Translations under genes and position numbers: made by a program
Shown: piece after piece, positions 16,691 through 26,334 of the stretch
Layout: each line of letters starts with the position of its first letter
How positions within the stretch are numbered: the first letter of the stretch is position 1
Source: Moraxella nasicaprae
GTDB lineage: Bacteria > Pseudomonadota > Gammaproteobacteria > Pseudomonadales > Moraxellaceae
NCBI RefSeq assembly: GCF_025643275.1
Contig: NZ_CP089977.1
Location: 840,001 to 872,000 of the forward strand
Reading direction: 5' to 3'
Length of the DNA stretch: 32,000 nucleotides
The notes under the pieces: model-generated
What the model was told of the DNA's origin: nothing
Databases searched by the model: none
Seen by the model: the letters and a program-made list of their open reading frames with translations, nothing else

Positions 16691-18352
16691 ATGCAAATCG
16701 AACGAGAATCTATGGAATTTGATGTCGTCATCGTTGGCGGTGGTCCTGCTGGATTATCAGCAGCCATTCGCTTGCGTCAGCTTGCCATTGCCGCTGGCAT
16801 GGACGAGTTTACCGTTTGCGTCATCGAAAAAGGCTCAGAATTTGGGGCTCATACACTCTCTGGTGCGATTATGGAAACTCGTGCTTTGGACGAGTTGATT
16901 CCTGATTGGCAAAATAAAGGTGCACCCATCACAGTCGCCGCCAAAGAAGACCGAGTCTATATGCTAGGCAGTGACACTCGCAGCACTCGCTTGCCTGATG
17001 CCATCGTGCCAGCCAGTATGCACAACAAAGGCAACTACATCGTCTCTTTGGGCAATGTGGTGCGTTGGCTTGCTCAGCAGGCAGAAGAGCTGGAAGTCAT
17101 GATGTTTGCAGGTTTTAGTGCCAGCGACATCTTATACCACGAAGATGGCTCGGTGCGTGGTATCGTAACAGGCGACATGGGTGTCAATGCCAAAGGCGAG
17201 CCAAAATCATCGTTTGAGGCAGGTTATGAGCTGATTGCCAAATACACCATCTTTGCCGAAGGTTGTCGTGGACATCTGGGCAAACGCCTAATCAGCCGTT
17301 TTCATTTGGATAAAGACAAAGACCCACAACATTATGGCATTGGACTCAAAGAGCTGTGGGAGATTGACGCTGACAAGCACGAAGAAGGTGTGATTTTGCA
17401 CGGTTCTGGTTGGCCATTATCGGAAACTGGCAGTACAGGCGGCTGGTTCTTGTACTTTGCAGAAAATAATCAGGTCAGCTTTGGTTTAGTGGTGGATTTA
17501 TCTTATCACAATCCCCATCTGTCACCCTTTGACGAACTGCAACGCCTCAAACTACACCCACTCATTCGCCCAATCCTAGAAGGTGGTAAACGCCTGTCTT
17601 ATGGTGCAAGAGCCTTGACCAAAGGCGGTCTAAACAGCCTGCCAAAACTTAGCTTTGCTGGTGGTGTCTTGGTTGGCGATGATGCAGGCTTTCTCAATCC
17701 TGCCAAAATCAAAGGCACGCACACCGCAATGAAATCAGGCATGCTGGCAGCCGAAAGCATTTTTGATGCCATCAAACAAGGTCGAAGTGGCGATGAGGTG
17801 GCAGAATACGAACAAGCATTCAAAAATTCTTGGTTGTTTGAAGAGGCTCATCAGGCACGCAACTTCTCGCCTGCGATGCACCGCATGGGGTCATGGCTGG
17901 GCGGTGCGTTTACTTTTGTCGAACAAAACCTACTTGGTGGCAAAATGCCGCTAACCATCAATGACACCACGCCTGACCATAGCCAGCTTGACAAGGCAGA
18001 TTATGCTTATCGACCCAACTATCCTAAACCAGATGGCAAATTGACTTTTGATAAACTTTCTAGCGTGTTTATTTCTAATACCAACCACGCCGAAGACCAA
18101 CCTTGCCATCTGCGATTGACCGACAACACAGTCCCCATCAGCACCAATCTACCACTCTATGCCGAGCCTGCTCAGCGTTATTGTCCTGCTGGGGTATACG
18201 AAATTGTCCAAAAAGAAGGTCAAGAACCCACCTTTGTCATCAATGCCCAAAACTGTGTGCATTGCAAAACTTGCGACATCAAAGACCCATCACAAAACAT
18301 CACTTGGGTCACGCCAGAAGGTGGTGGTGGTCCAAACTACCCCAATATGTAA
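16691..18352 (+). CDS. Electron-transfer flavoprotein:ubiquinone oxidoreductase
   Basis: It has an FAD-binding DVVIVGGGPAGLSAA motif and a C-terminal 4Fe-4S ferredoxin-like motif, CVHCKTCDIKDP, and ends ..EGGGGPNYPNM. The start is set at ATG 16691, which follows a TAAGGAA SD sequence. Confidence 0.9.
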   Translation: MQIERESMEFDVVIVGGGPAGLSAAIRLRQLAIAAGMDEFTVCVIEKGSEFGAHTLSGAIMETRALDELIPDWQNKGAPITVAAKEDRVYMLGSDTRSTRLPDAIVPASMHNKGNYIVSLGNVVRWLAQQAEELEVMMFAGFSASDILYHEDGSVRGIVTGDMGVNAKGEPKSSFEAGYELIAKYTIFAEGCRGHLGKRLISRFHLDKDKDPQHYGIGLKELWEIDADKHEEGVILHGSGWPLSETGSTGGWFLYFAENNQVSFGLVVDLSYHNPHLSPFDELQRLKLHPLIRPILEGGKRLSYGARALTKGGLNSLPKLSFAGGVLVGDDAGFLNPAKIKGTHTAMKSGMLAAESIFDAIKQGRSGDEVAEYEQAFKNSWLFEEAHQARNFSPAMHRMGSWLGGAFTFVEQNLLGGKMPLTINDTTPDHSQLDKADYAYRPNYPKPDGKLTFDKLSSVFISNTNHAEDQPCHLRLTDNTVPISTNLPLYAEPAQRYCPAGVYEIVQKEGQEPTFVINAQNCVHCKTCDIKDPSQNITWVTPEGGGGPNYPNM

Positions 18353-18365
18353 GCAAGCACATCAT

Positions 18366-18399
18366 AAAAAAAGCGTACCTAAATGGCACGCTTTTTTTA
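18366..18399. terminator. Bidirectional terminator between the ETF-QO gene and ahpF
   Basis: aaaaaaagcgtacc..ggcacgcttttttt forms a stem paired at 7 of 8 positions, flanked by A- and T-runs. Confidence 0.65.
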
Positions 18400-18417
18400 T
18401 CGCTCAATGCTGCTCAA

Positions 18418-19971
18418 TCAATGACTCATCATCAAATATTCAAAGGCAGCCAGCCCTGCTTTTGAACCTTCGCCCATGGCGATATTGATTTGTTTAAATG
18501 GTACTGTCGTCACATCACCACAAGCAAAAATCCCTGCTTTGTTGGTACGGCATTTTTCATCGATGATGATTTCGCCTTGTGCATTGGTTGCCACCACAGA
18601 TTTGACAACATCAGCATTTGGCACCAGTCCAATCTGCACAAACACCGCAGACAATGGCAAGGTTTTTTGTTCGCCAGTGCTGCGATCTTGATAAATCAAT
18701 CCACTCACCTTGCCATCGGTAGCAAGAATTTCTTGTGTCGCTGCCATCTTGATGATGTCAATATTTTTGGTGGTCATCGCTTTGTCAATCAGCACTTGGT
18801 CAGCACGCAAGGACTCGCCAAATTCTAATACAGTCACATGATTGACAATGCCTGACAAATCAAGTGCTGCTTCAATACCAGAATTACCACCGCCAATCAC
18901 CGCCACAGGCTTACCCTTAAAAAACGGCCCATCACAATGTGGGCAATACGCCACACCATTGCCAATGTATTCATCTTCTCCCTTGACACCAAGTTTACGC
19001 CAATTCGCTCCCGTCGCCACAATCACGGTGCGACTTGTCCAACTTGCCCCTGTATTTAGCGTGATTTGATAACCGCCTTGCACCTCATCGATTTGGCTGA
19101 CACGCACATGTTCTTTGACAGTAATGTCATACGACTTGATGTGGGTTGCCAGATTGGCTGCCAGCGTATTGCCATTGGTCAAGGGTACTGAGATGAGATT
19201 TTCGATGTCTTGGGTGTCTTTGACCTGACCGCCAATACGGTCAGCAACCATCGCCACACGCAATCCCTTACGAGCAGTATAAATTGCCGCCGCACTGCCT
19301 GCTGGACCACCACCGATAACGGTGACATCTTGGACTGGCAAACTCTCATCAACGGTATTTAATAGTTGTGGATAATGTTCTTGTAATTTTTCAATCAATT
19401 TGGCGGTATCAATTTTACCATTAGCAAATGGCTGACCATTTAAAAACACCGCTGGCACACCCTGAATAGAATGCTTTTCCACCAACTCTGGGAACACGCC
19501 GCCATCAATCATCTGACTGCTAATGTTGTCATTAAGCAAAGCAAACTGGTTTAATGCCTGCACCACATCAGGGCAGTTATGGCAAGACAGTGACACAAAG
19601 GTCTCAAAATGCAAAGGCGTCTGAATGCTTTTGATTAACGCCTGAATGTCATCGTCCAATTTGAGCGTATGTCCACCTGCTTGCAAAATCGCCAAAATCA
19701 ACGAGCTAAACTCATGCCCACCTGGAATACCGCTAAACACAATGCCTGTATCCTGCCCTTGTGTAGCAATCTTAAAACTCATCGGCGATAAATGCTCATC
19801 ACGGTGCGATTCATCAAAGATAATCTTATCGCTGGTGCTGGCAAGTTTTTGCAAAAAATCAATCAATTCGCCACGCTTATGATGCTCCCCCTGCCCAATA
19901 ATCATCTGAATGGGACGGGTCATTTTTTCACTATAACTTCTGACAGCCTCTAATAAATTTTGGTCTAGCAT
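18418..19971 (-). CDS. ahpF: Alkyl hydroperoxide reductase subunit F
   Basis: It has the N-terminal redox centre CHNCPD, an FAD motif [12 protein letters not shown], and the CPHCDG centre. The start is set at [10 protein letters not shown] (ATG 19971), which gives 517 aa. The tracked ORF extends a further 37 aa upstream, which is not credible. Confidence 0.9.
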   Translation of the reverse strand: MLDQNLLEAVRSYSEKMTRPIQMIIGQGEHHKRGELIDFLQKLASTSDKIIFDESHRDEHLSPMSFKIATQGQDTGIVFSGIPGGHEFSSLILAILQAGGHTLKLDDDIQALIKSIQTPLHFETFVSLSCHNCPDVVQALNQFALLNDNISSQMIDGGVFPELVEKHSIQGVPAVFLNGQPFANGKIDTAKLIEKLQEHYPQLLNTVDESLPVQDVTVIGGGPAGSAAAIYTARKGLRVAMVADRIGGQVKDTQDIENLISVPLTNGNTLAANLATHIKSYDITVKEHVRVSQIDEVQGGYQITLNTGASWTSRTVIVATGANWRKLGVKGEDEYIGNGVAYCPHCDGPFFKGKPVAVIGGGNSGIEAALDLSGIVNHVTVLEFGESLRADQVLIDKAMTTKNIDIIKMAATQEILATDGKVSGLIYQDRSTGEQKTLPLSAVFVQIGLVPNADVVKSVVATNAQGEIIIDEKCRTNKAGIFACGDVTTVPFKQINIAMGEGSKAGLAAFEYLMMSH

Positions 19972-20196
19972 GACACACCTACCTGTTACTTGATAAGATT
20001 TATTGAAAAAATTATTATAACCCAAATTAACCAATTTCCCAAATTTATCATCAATACAGCATGACATTTGATGATTTTGCATGGGATTTCATCTGCGATG
20101 GCTTGATAATATTTGCCATTCTTGATAATATAAAGCCAAGGTTATTTTGACCGACTTGGAAATTTTTTTCCACATTCACATGATTAGGAGAACATT

Positions 20197-20418
20197 ATGT
20201 TGCCAGAATACAGAGAGCTAATGACTCAACTAAAAACAGAAGGCGATGCACACTTTCTAAAACTATTCAACGAACACAATGAGTTGGACACCGAAATCGA
20301 AAAGCTAGAAAATGACCCAGTTGCTTCTGTCAGTCGTGCCAGCGAAATCGACGAAATGAAACACAAAAAACTACATCTAAAAGACGAACTAAAAGCCTAT
20401 CTAGAAAGCAAAGCCTAA
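20197..20418 (+). CDS. YdcH/DUF465-like small coiled-coil protein
   Basis: 73-aa ORF with H.L.KLFNEHNELD.EI..LE and a helical, charged composition. An AGGAG SD sequence lies upstream. Confidence 0.6.
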   Translation: MLPEYRELMTQLKTEGDAHFLKLFNEHNELDTEIEKLENDPVASVSRASEIDEMKHKKLHLKDELKAYLESKA

Positions 20419-20431
20419 TTTGCTCGTCATC

Positions 20432-20462
20432 AAAAAACCCCAAAATTGATTTGGGGTTTTTT
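20432..20462. terminator. Bidirectional terminator serving the DUF465 gene (+) and ahpC (-)
   Basis: aaaaaaccccaaa attga tttggggtttttt forms a 7-bp GC-containing stem with flanking A- and T-runs. Confidence 0.8.
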
Positions 20463-20480
20463 AATCATCATCTTAGCAGA

Positions 20481-21047
20481 TTAGATTTTGCCCACCAAGT
20501 CAAGGCTTGGTTTTAGGGTTTCTTGACCTTGCTCCCAAGCAGCTGGGCAGACCTCGCCATCATTCTCACGCACATATTGAGCCGCTTTTACCTTGCGAAC
20601 CATGTCTTTGGCAGAACGACCAATGCCCAAATCGTGAATCTCTGCCACTTTGATTAGACCATCTGGGTCAACCAAGAAAGTGCCACGCAATGCTGCATGC
20701 TCACCCTCAATCATCACATTAAAACCACGAGTAATCTCGCCTGTGCCATCGCCTAGCATTGGATAATTGACTTTGGCAATCGCAGGCGAAGTGTCATGCC
20801 ATGCTTTATGCACAAAATGCGTATCTGTTGATACTGCATACACCTCAACACCCAAGCCTTTTAGCTCTTCATAATGCTCAGCCATGTCTTCAAGCTCGGT
20901 TGGGCAAACAAAGGTAAAATCGTGTGGATAAAATAGAAAAATCGCCCACTTTCCCTTGACATCAGCGGTTGTAATGGTTTTAAATTCGCCATTAACATAC
21001 GCTTGGGTCGAAAATTCTGGAATATGCTGATTGATGATTGCCGCCAT
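20481..21047 (-). CDS. ahpC: Alkyl hydroperoxide reductase subunit C (typical 2-Cys peroxiredoxin)
   Basis: The peroxidatic Cys lies in DFTFVCPTE and the resolving Cys in GEVCPAAW. The protein is 188 aa. Confidence 0.95.
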   Translation of the reverse strand: MAAIINQHIPEFSTQAYVNGEFKTITTADVKGKWAIFLFYPHDFTFVCPTELEDMAEHYEELKGLGVEVYAVSTDTHFVHKAWHDTSPAIAKVNYPMLGDGTGEITRGFNVMIEGEHAALRGTFLVDPDGLIKVAEIHDLGIGRSAKDMVRKVKAAQYVRENDGEVCPAAWEQGQETLKPSLDLVGKI

Positions 21048-21305
21048 AATTCACTCCTATTTTTTGCGGTAAAAAGACGATAATGCAGACAGTGATGATT
21101 TAATTTTATGATTAAAAAATACAAATCTGCTGTTTTATTTTATCAAACTTAGCCATGCTTGAATATGTCTTTTTATCAAAAAATACACACCAAATCCAAA
21201 AAAATTCATCAATATCCAGCAAAATCTCAAAATTTATTATCAAAAATCAGCAGAATGATTTATAATCTATATCATTGATGATGAAATGGAAAAATAGGAT
21301 TTTTT
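21048..21305. promoter_or_regulatory. Divergent ahpC/oxyR promoter region; OxyR operator expected but not located
   Basis: 258-bp AT-rich gap between divergent ahpC and oxyR. I could not confidently place the ATAG-N7-CTAT repeats. Confidence 0.4.
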
Positions 21306-22202
21306 ATGATTACTTTACGCCAGTTAGAATTCGCTCTTGCTGTTGCCAAGCATCGCCATTTTAAACGAGCCGCCGAAGAATGCAATATTTCTCAGTCCGC
21401 CCTAAGTCTGGGCATTGCTGAACTAGAAAAACAGCTTAATACCCAGATTTTTGAACGCAATAACAAACAAGTACTCATCACGCCCATTGGCGAGGAGCTA
21501 CTAGAAAGAGCTCAGAATATTTTTAGCGACATCAATGATTTGATTACCCGAGCCCAAAGCCATCAGACACCATTGACTTATCCAATGACCATCGGCATCA
21601 TTCCGACCGTCGCCCCTTTTTTATTGCCAAAAGTATTGCCAACACTCAAAGAAAAATTCCCCGCCTTTGAATTGTCAGTCATCGAACAAAAAACCGAGCG
21701 ACTCATCGATCAGGTGCGTTATGGGCATATCGACACCGCCATCATTGCCCTGCCTTATGCGGTGGAGGGTCTGCACGCCTTTGAATTTTGGGCAGAAGAT
21801 TTTTATGCGATTTTGCCACAGCCTGCCCAAAATGGCACGCACAACGCCATCACTGGCGATGCTCTATCACAAAGCAATCTGCTGTTGCTTGGCGAGGGTC
21901 ATTGTTTGACCGACCAGACTTTATCTGTTTGTTCATTGAACAAAAACCAAATCAAATCAAGCTTTTCAGACGCCAGTCTCAATACATTGATTCAAATGAG
22001 TCTGGCAGGCATGGGAACAACCCTAGTACCAAAAATGGCACTAGACCAATTTGCCAGCAATCAACAAATCCACGCTGTGCCACTGGCTGAACCTGGCCCA
22101 CACCGCCGTCTGGCATTCATCACTCGCCTCAATTATGCTCGTGTCAATGATGTCAAATTGCTCAGTGAAGCCTTTAAACAAGCATTAAGCAGCCTATCAT
22201 AA
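21306..22202 (+). CDS. oxyR: LysR-family peroxide-sensing regulator OxyR
   Basis: It has an N-terminal HTH (LRQLEFALAVAKHRHFKRAAEECNISQSALS) and redox cysteines in GEGHCLTDQ......C, equivalent to E. coli C199/C208. It is divergent from ahpC. Confidence 0.85.
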   Translation: MITLRQLEFALAVAKHRHFKRAAEECNISQSALSLGIAELEKQLNTQIFERNNKQVLITPIGEELLERAQNIFSDINDLITRAQSHQTPLTYPMTIGIIPTVAPFLLPKVLPTLKEKFPAFELSVIEQKTERLIDQVRYGHIDTAIIALPYAVEGLHAFEFWAEDFYAILPQPAQNGTHNAITGDALSQSNLLLLGEGHCLTDQTLSVCSLNKNQIKSSFSDASLNTLIQMSLAGMGTTLVPKMALDQFASNQQIHAVPLAEPGPHRRLAFITRLNYARVNDVKLLSEAFKQALSSLS

Positions 22203-22874
22203 CGCCTGTCCACGAAGCAAGCTGTGCCAATGCTGATAATCTGGCATGGCTTGTTTGACACTCTCCCAAAACAAAGATCCATGATTGGCATGATGCAAAT
22301 GGCATAATTCATGCACCACGACATATTCTAAGCATTGGCGTGGATAGGCTGCCAGCCGACTGGATAAGGCAATTTTGGCAGTAACAACCTGACAACTCCC
22401 CCAGCGACTACGCATATTTTTGATGACGAACGCACTGGCTGACTTGCCAACAACCATCTGCCATCGCTGGCTGATTGAAGGCAGGGCTTGCTGAATTTCA
22501 GCTCGATAAATCCACTCCACCTGCTCTTCTTGACTTAATTGCCCAAAAGACAGTCGCTCCTGCTGACTAAGCCCTGCTTGATTTAGCCATTCGTCAATCA
22601 CCAGCGGCTCTCCCCACAAAGTTGGCTTGACCATCTGCTGTCGTGCCAGCAGTCTTTGATGTGCTGACACCGCCCAATCATAACGCTTGGCAATCGCCTG
22701 TGCCACGACAAGCCGACTGATACTTTTTGGCGTACTGACATACAAATAGCCCAGCTTAACACGAAAATTGATGTTTTTGACCGCTTTGGTCTGAATCACA
22801 AGCGTCATGCCTTGCTTGGCAAGTCGTTCATGCAACTGCGTCAAGACTGTCACATCATCTTTGTTAAAAAACAC
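22197..22874 (-). CDS. YgjP-like (DUF45/M48-type) metal-dependent hydrolase
   Basis: It has an HExxH motif in VVHELCHLHHANH..FW. The 3' end overlaps the convergent oxyR by 6 nt. Confidence 0.7.
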   Translation of the reverse strand: MFFNKDDVTVLTQLHERLAKQGMTLVIQTKAVKNINFRVKLGYLYVSTPKSISRLVVAQAIAKRYDWAVSAHQRLLARQQMVKPTLWGEPLVIDEWLNQAGLSQQERLSFGQLSQEEQVEWIYRAEIQQALPSISQRWQMVVGKSASAFVIKNMRSRWGSCQVVTAKIALSSRLAAYPRQCLEYVVVHELCHLHHANHGSLFWESVKQAMPDYQHWHSLLRGQAL

Positions 22875-22950
22875 ACACCACCATCGACCAACTTTTCTTT
22901 AAAATGCCAAACCATTATATCGCACCATGACTGTTTGGTATATCATTCAA

Positions 22951-22982
22951 AAAAAGAAAAACGAGCCAATCACTTGGCTCGT
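22951..22982 (-). terminator. Rho-independent terminator of the OmpA-family gene
   Basis: acgagccaa (22961-22969) pairs perfectly with ttggctcgt (22974-22982) around a 4-nt loop. A T-run follows on the minus strand. Confidence 0.8.
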
Positions 22983-23002
22983 TTTGTCTTATCGACCAAC
23001 AC

Positions 23003-23677
23003 TTACATATTTTGTGGTGTTTGGATTGTTAGCTCAACACGGCGGTTTTGGGCACGACCTGCGTCAGTCGCATTGCTGGCGATAGGCTGTGTTTTACCAT
23101 AGCCAACTGTTTGGATACGACTGGCATCAACACCTTGTACAACCAAATAGTTACGCACAGAAGCGGCACGCTGTTCTGACAGACGATAGTTATAAGCATC
23201 AGAACCGTTAGCGTCAGTATGACCAGCAACCACGATGGTGGTCTTGTCATATTGTTTCATTGTTTGAGCCAATTGGTTTAGGCTGCCTGTGAACGCTGGG
23301 TTTAAAGTTGCATCATCATAAGCAAAAGTGATGTTACCTGGCATCACAAGATTGATGTCGCCTGTGGTTGGGTTTTGTTCAACCTTCACGCCAGTGCCTT
23401 GCATTTGGGTTTGGATTTGTTTGGCTTGGCGTTGCATGTATGCACCAGCTGCACCACCGATAACCGCACCAATTGCAGCATCACGACCTGTTTTTTCGCC
23501 ACCAGTTGCCTTAGAGATGGCTGCACCAGCCGCTGCACCAGCAATCGTGCCAAGTACCGCTTTATTGATATTGCCAAAACCTGCACCAACGCTAGCACCA
23601 GTACCAGTATTGGCACAACCTGCCAACGCCATGCTAGAAGCCAAAACAGACACACCTAAGAATTTTACAGCTTTCAT
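23003..23677 (-). CDS. OmpA-family lipoprotein (Gly/Ala-rich glycine-zipper N-terminal region plus OmpA-like peptidoglycan-binding domain)
   Basis: It has a lipobox (LAGC), a Gly/Ala-rich region, and the OmpA_C motifs GHTD..GS..YN..LS..RA..V and RRVEL. Confidence 0.85.
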   Translation of the reverse strand: MKAVKFLGVSVLASSMALAGCANTGTGASVGAGFGNINKAVLGTIAGAAAGAAISKATGGEKTGRDAAIGAVIGGAAGAYMQRQAKQIQTQMQGTGVKVEQNPTTGDINLVMPGNITFAYDDATLNPAFTGSLNQLAQTMKQYDKTTIVVAGHTDANGSDAYNYRLSEQRAASVRNYLVVQGVDASRIQTVGYGKTQPIASNATDAGRAQNRRVELTIQTPQNM

Positions 23678-24081
23678 TATTATCTCCTTATTTTGAGATG
23701 AAATGGGAATGTGTTCCCGTGATGATTTGGTAAGTTTGAACGCTTACCGACTTGCGGTCTATTATGCACCAAAATTCTTGCCCATTTGTAGTACAACTGT
23801 ATCTAAATGGTATGTTTTATATGACTTCATTTATCTGATGATGTCGTTCATTTCTTGAAAAAGCAGCACATCAGCACACCCAAACCAATCCAAGATAACA
23901 GATAATTTTGGCAAAATATTGTTTCAAAAATTTAAAATCCCAAGCAAACTTCGCTCAACTTGACATTTTGACGACAATAATTTGAGCATTTTGCCAGTAT
24001 TTTTTGTTAAAATAAACGACTGTAAACCAAAATGGTGTTGTCCTAAAATAATACAACACGCCACATGATGCTAGGATAATT

Positions 24082-25041
24082 ATGCAAAACGACCGCCGAA
24101 CTTTTTCATTTGTGCAAAAACTGCATGAAAAAACACCAAAACTCGCCCAAAAGCTGTCTTTGCTTGCCAACACAGGTGCGATTGCCGCTAACAGTCTGGT
24201 GGTTGGTGTGCCTGTACTGACGGCTGGGGCATTAAAAATGCTGACCAAATCCAAAACCGCCGACCAAACCGTCATCAACATCGCCAATCATTGGATTAAC
24301 ACCAACAATCGTCTGATTGATAAAATGCTACCAGCCAAAGATTGGCGAATTACCCTACCTGACAACCTTAATCCACAAGGCAAGTATCTGCTGATTTGCA
24401 ATCATAAATCATGGGTGGATACCAGTATTATTCAATACATCAGCGAAAATAAACTGCCGATTACTCGATTTTTTGCCAAGCACGAATTGCTGTACATTCC
24501 CATCATTGGGCAGACTTTTTATTTTTTAGATTTTCCGATGATGAAACGCCATTCTAAGGAAGCCATCGCCAAAAATCCTGCCCTTGCCCATCGAGACTTG
24601 GACGAAGCCTTGCGTGCCTGTCGCTTGCTAGAAGATAAGCCTTTTGTACTGCTCAACTATCTAGAAGGCACTCGCCTCACGCCTGCCAAACATCAGCAGC
24701 AGCAATCGCCCTATCAGCATCTGCTCAAACCAAAAGCGGGTGGTTTTGCGTTGGCGATTGCAAGCCTAGGCGAGCAGATTGACGGTATTTTGGACATGAC
24801 CATCGTCTATCCTGACGGCACACCAGAATACAGCGACCTATGGCAAGGCAAAATCACACGACTGGGCGTAGATATTCGCCAAATCACCCCGCCACAATCA
24901 CTGTTTGAAGCTCTAAAACAGGGCGAATACGAACACAATCCTGCCGTCAAAGCACAGCTATTTGCTTGGCTTGATGAACTATGGCAACAAAAAGATGTCA
25001 AAATCAGTCAAATGCTGGCTGATTTTGGTATCAACGCTTAG
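24082..25041 (+). CDS. PlsC-family (lysophospholipid) acyltransferase, YihG-like
   Basis: It has the HX4D motif in CNHKSWVD and an EGTR motif in YLEGTRLT. The protein is 319 aa. Confidence 0.7.
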   Translation: MQNDRRTFSFVQKLHEKTPKLAQKLSLLANTGAIAANSLVVGVPVLTAGALKMLTKSKTADQTVINIANHWINTNNRLIDKMLPAKDWRITLPDNLNPQGKYLLICNHKSWVDTSIIQYISENKLPITRFFAKHELLYIPIIGQTFYFLDFPMMKRHSKEAIAKNPALAHRDLDEALRACRLLEDKPFVLLNYLEGTRLTPAKHQQQQSPYQHLLKPKAGGFALAIASLGEQIDGILDMTIVYPDGTPEYSDLWQGKITRLGVDIRQITPPQSLFEALKQGEYEHNPAVKAQLFAWLDELWQQKDVKISQMLADFGINA

Positions 25042-25050
25042 GAGCGTGCG

Positions 25051-26148
25051 ATGAATAAAGAACGCCAAACCCCAACCCTAGAAGACCTAGATGTCCCAAA
25101 AAATCACGAATTGCCCGAAGATGTCATTCCATTTTATGGTAACACACATTCAGAACAAAACGCCAGTGCATTAAAGCTAGCTTATGATATTTTGACGCTG
25201 TGCTTGCTGGTGGTGGATTTGATATTGATTGCCACCGACAGCATTTTGATGAGTGCTTTCATGCAGTACATCTCGACATGGCTGGGTTTTGGGGTATTTT
25301 TGGAGAATTATGCCACCAATCATCACACCATCATCGCCACCATTGGCGGATTTTTTACCTTGTTTTGGATAACTGATTTATTAGTGCGTTGGCTACTTGC
25401 CATCATCAAACGCACCTATTATCGCTGGTTTTTCTTTCCATTTGTGCATTGGTATGAAGTTTTGGGCTGTTTTCCGGTCTTGCGTGCCTTGCGACTACTA
25501 CGAGCGGCGGTCATCATCAGACGACTGCATCGCATGGGCATTCAAATCATTCCAACTCGCTGGTTAAATTCAGCCAAATTTTATTATCATGTCATCTTAG
25601 AAGAATTGTCCGACCGTGTGATTTTGACTGCCATCGACAATCTTAGAGAACAGCTTGGTCGTTCTGGCTCACATGGGCAGATGATTCATCGCACCATCAG
25701 CCAAAATCGCCAAGCCATCGAATCTGCCATACTCAGCCTACTTCGCAACGAGCTGACCCCTCGCCTGCAAGCAGCATTACTGGCAGATGAAGGTGAAAAA
25801 CTTGCCCAAGACATCGGCAAAGCGGTCGAAAATGCCCTAAGCGAAACGCCAGAGTTACGCCGCTATCTTAAACTGATTCCCATTGCTGGTGGCATGATTG
25901 AGTCGCAAATCACCAATGTCGGCAAGCACATCGGCACCAGCGTAACCCAAGCCATCAACGCCCACCTCTTCCACGATGAGACGCTAGATGGTCTGATGAC
26001 CTCCATCGCACACGGTGTGGCAAACATTGACACCTCTCGCCCAGAAGTGCAGCATCTGGTCAGCGAAGTGGTCGAAGATGCCATCAGTACTTTTGAAGAG
26101 CAAGTCAAAAACCAGCAATGGAAACATAGCCAACAATTACCACTATAA
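25051..26148 (+). CDS. Membrane protein with a voltage-sensor-like (S1-S4) domain, no recognisable pore, and a soluble tail of about 200 aa
   Basis: The hydrophobic helices end in an S3/S4-like segment, WFFFPFVHWYEVLGCFPVLRALRLLRAAVIIRRLHR, with Arg at every third residue. No P-loop or S5-S6 follows; the rest is hydrophilic and helical. Confidence 0.5.
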   Translation: MNKERQTPTLEDLDVPKNHELPEDVIPFYGNTHSEQNASALKLAYDILTLCLLVVDLILIATDSILMSAFMQYISTWLGFGVFLENYATNHHTIIATIGGFFTLFWITDLLVRWLLAIIKRTYYRWFFFPFVHWYEVLGCFPVLRALRLLRAAVIIRRLHRMGIQIIPTRWLNSAKFYYHVILEELSDRVILTAIDNLREQLGRSGSHGQMIHRTISQNRQAIESAILSLLRNELTPRLQAALLADEGEKLAQDIGKAVENALSETPELRRYLKLIPIAGGMIESQITNVGKHIGTSVTQAINAHLFHDETLDGLMTSIAHGVANIDTSRPEVQHLVSEVVEDAISTFEEQVKNQQWKHSQQLPL

Positions 26149-26169
26149 ATAACCCGTCATACAAACAAA

Positions 26170-26200
26170 CCATTCAATCTTCATGATTGGGTGGTTTTTT
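26170..26200 (+). terminator. Rho-independent terminator after the voltage-sensor-like gene
   Basis: ccattcaatc pairs with gattgggtgg (10 bp including 2 G-U pairs) around a 5-nt loop, and tttttt follows. Confidence 0.6.
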
Positions 26201-26214
26201 CATCGTCAAAAAAA

Positions 26215-26223
26215 TGCTACAAT
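26215..26223 (+). promoter_or_regulatory. Candidate extended -10 promoter element for minCDE
   Basis: tgctacaat fits TGnTAnAAT. It lies about 110 nt upstream of the minC ATG and just after the preceding terminator. Confidence 0.3.
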
Positions 26224-26334
26224 CTAAGCATGACAATCAAAGAGTTTTGAGGTCATCAGATGATGATTACCCTGCCCATCTGATGCCAGAAAAATTGGAC
26301 GACTCACCATTTGATACACATAAGCGATGATTCT

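Noticed and set aside
19972-20082. 37-aa N-terminal extension of the AhpF ORF
   Set aside because: AhpF proteins begin at the MLD..L motif. The extension is Cys- and Asn-rich, is unlike any AhpF N-terminus, and would give an unusually long protein.
23328-23696. Three 89-122-aa ORFs overlapping the OmpA-family lipoprotein gene
   Set aside because: They arise from the GC-rich Gly/Ala-coding repeat region, which stays open in several frames. The OmpA-family frame has a lipobox and the OmpA_C motifs.
23955-24287. 110-aa minus-strand ORF spanning the acyltransferase start
   Set aside because: It overlaps the 5' end of a well-supported gene, and it has no SD sequence and no recognisable features.
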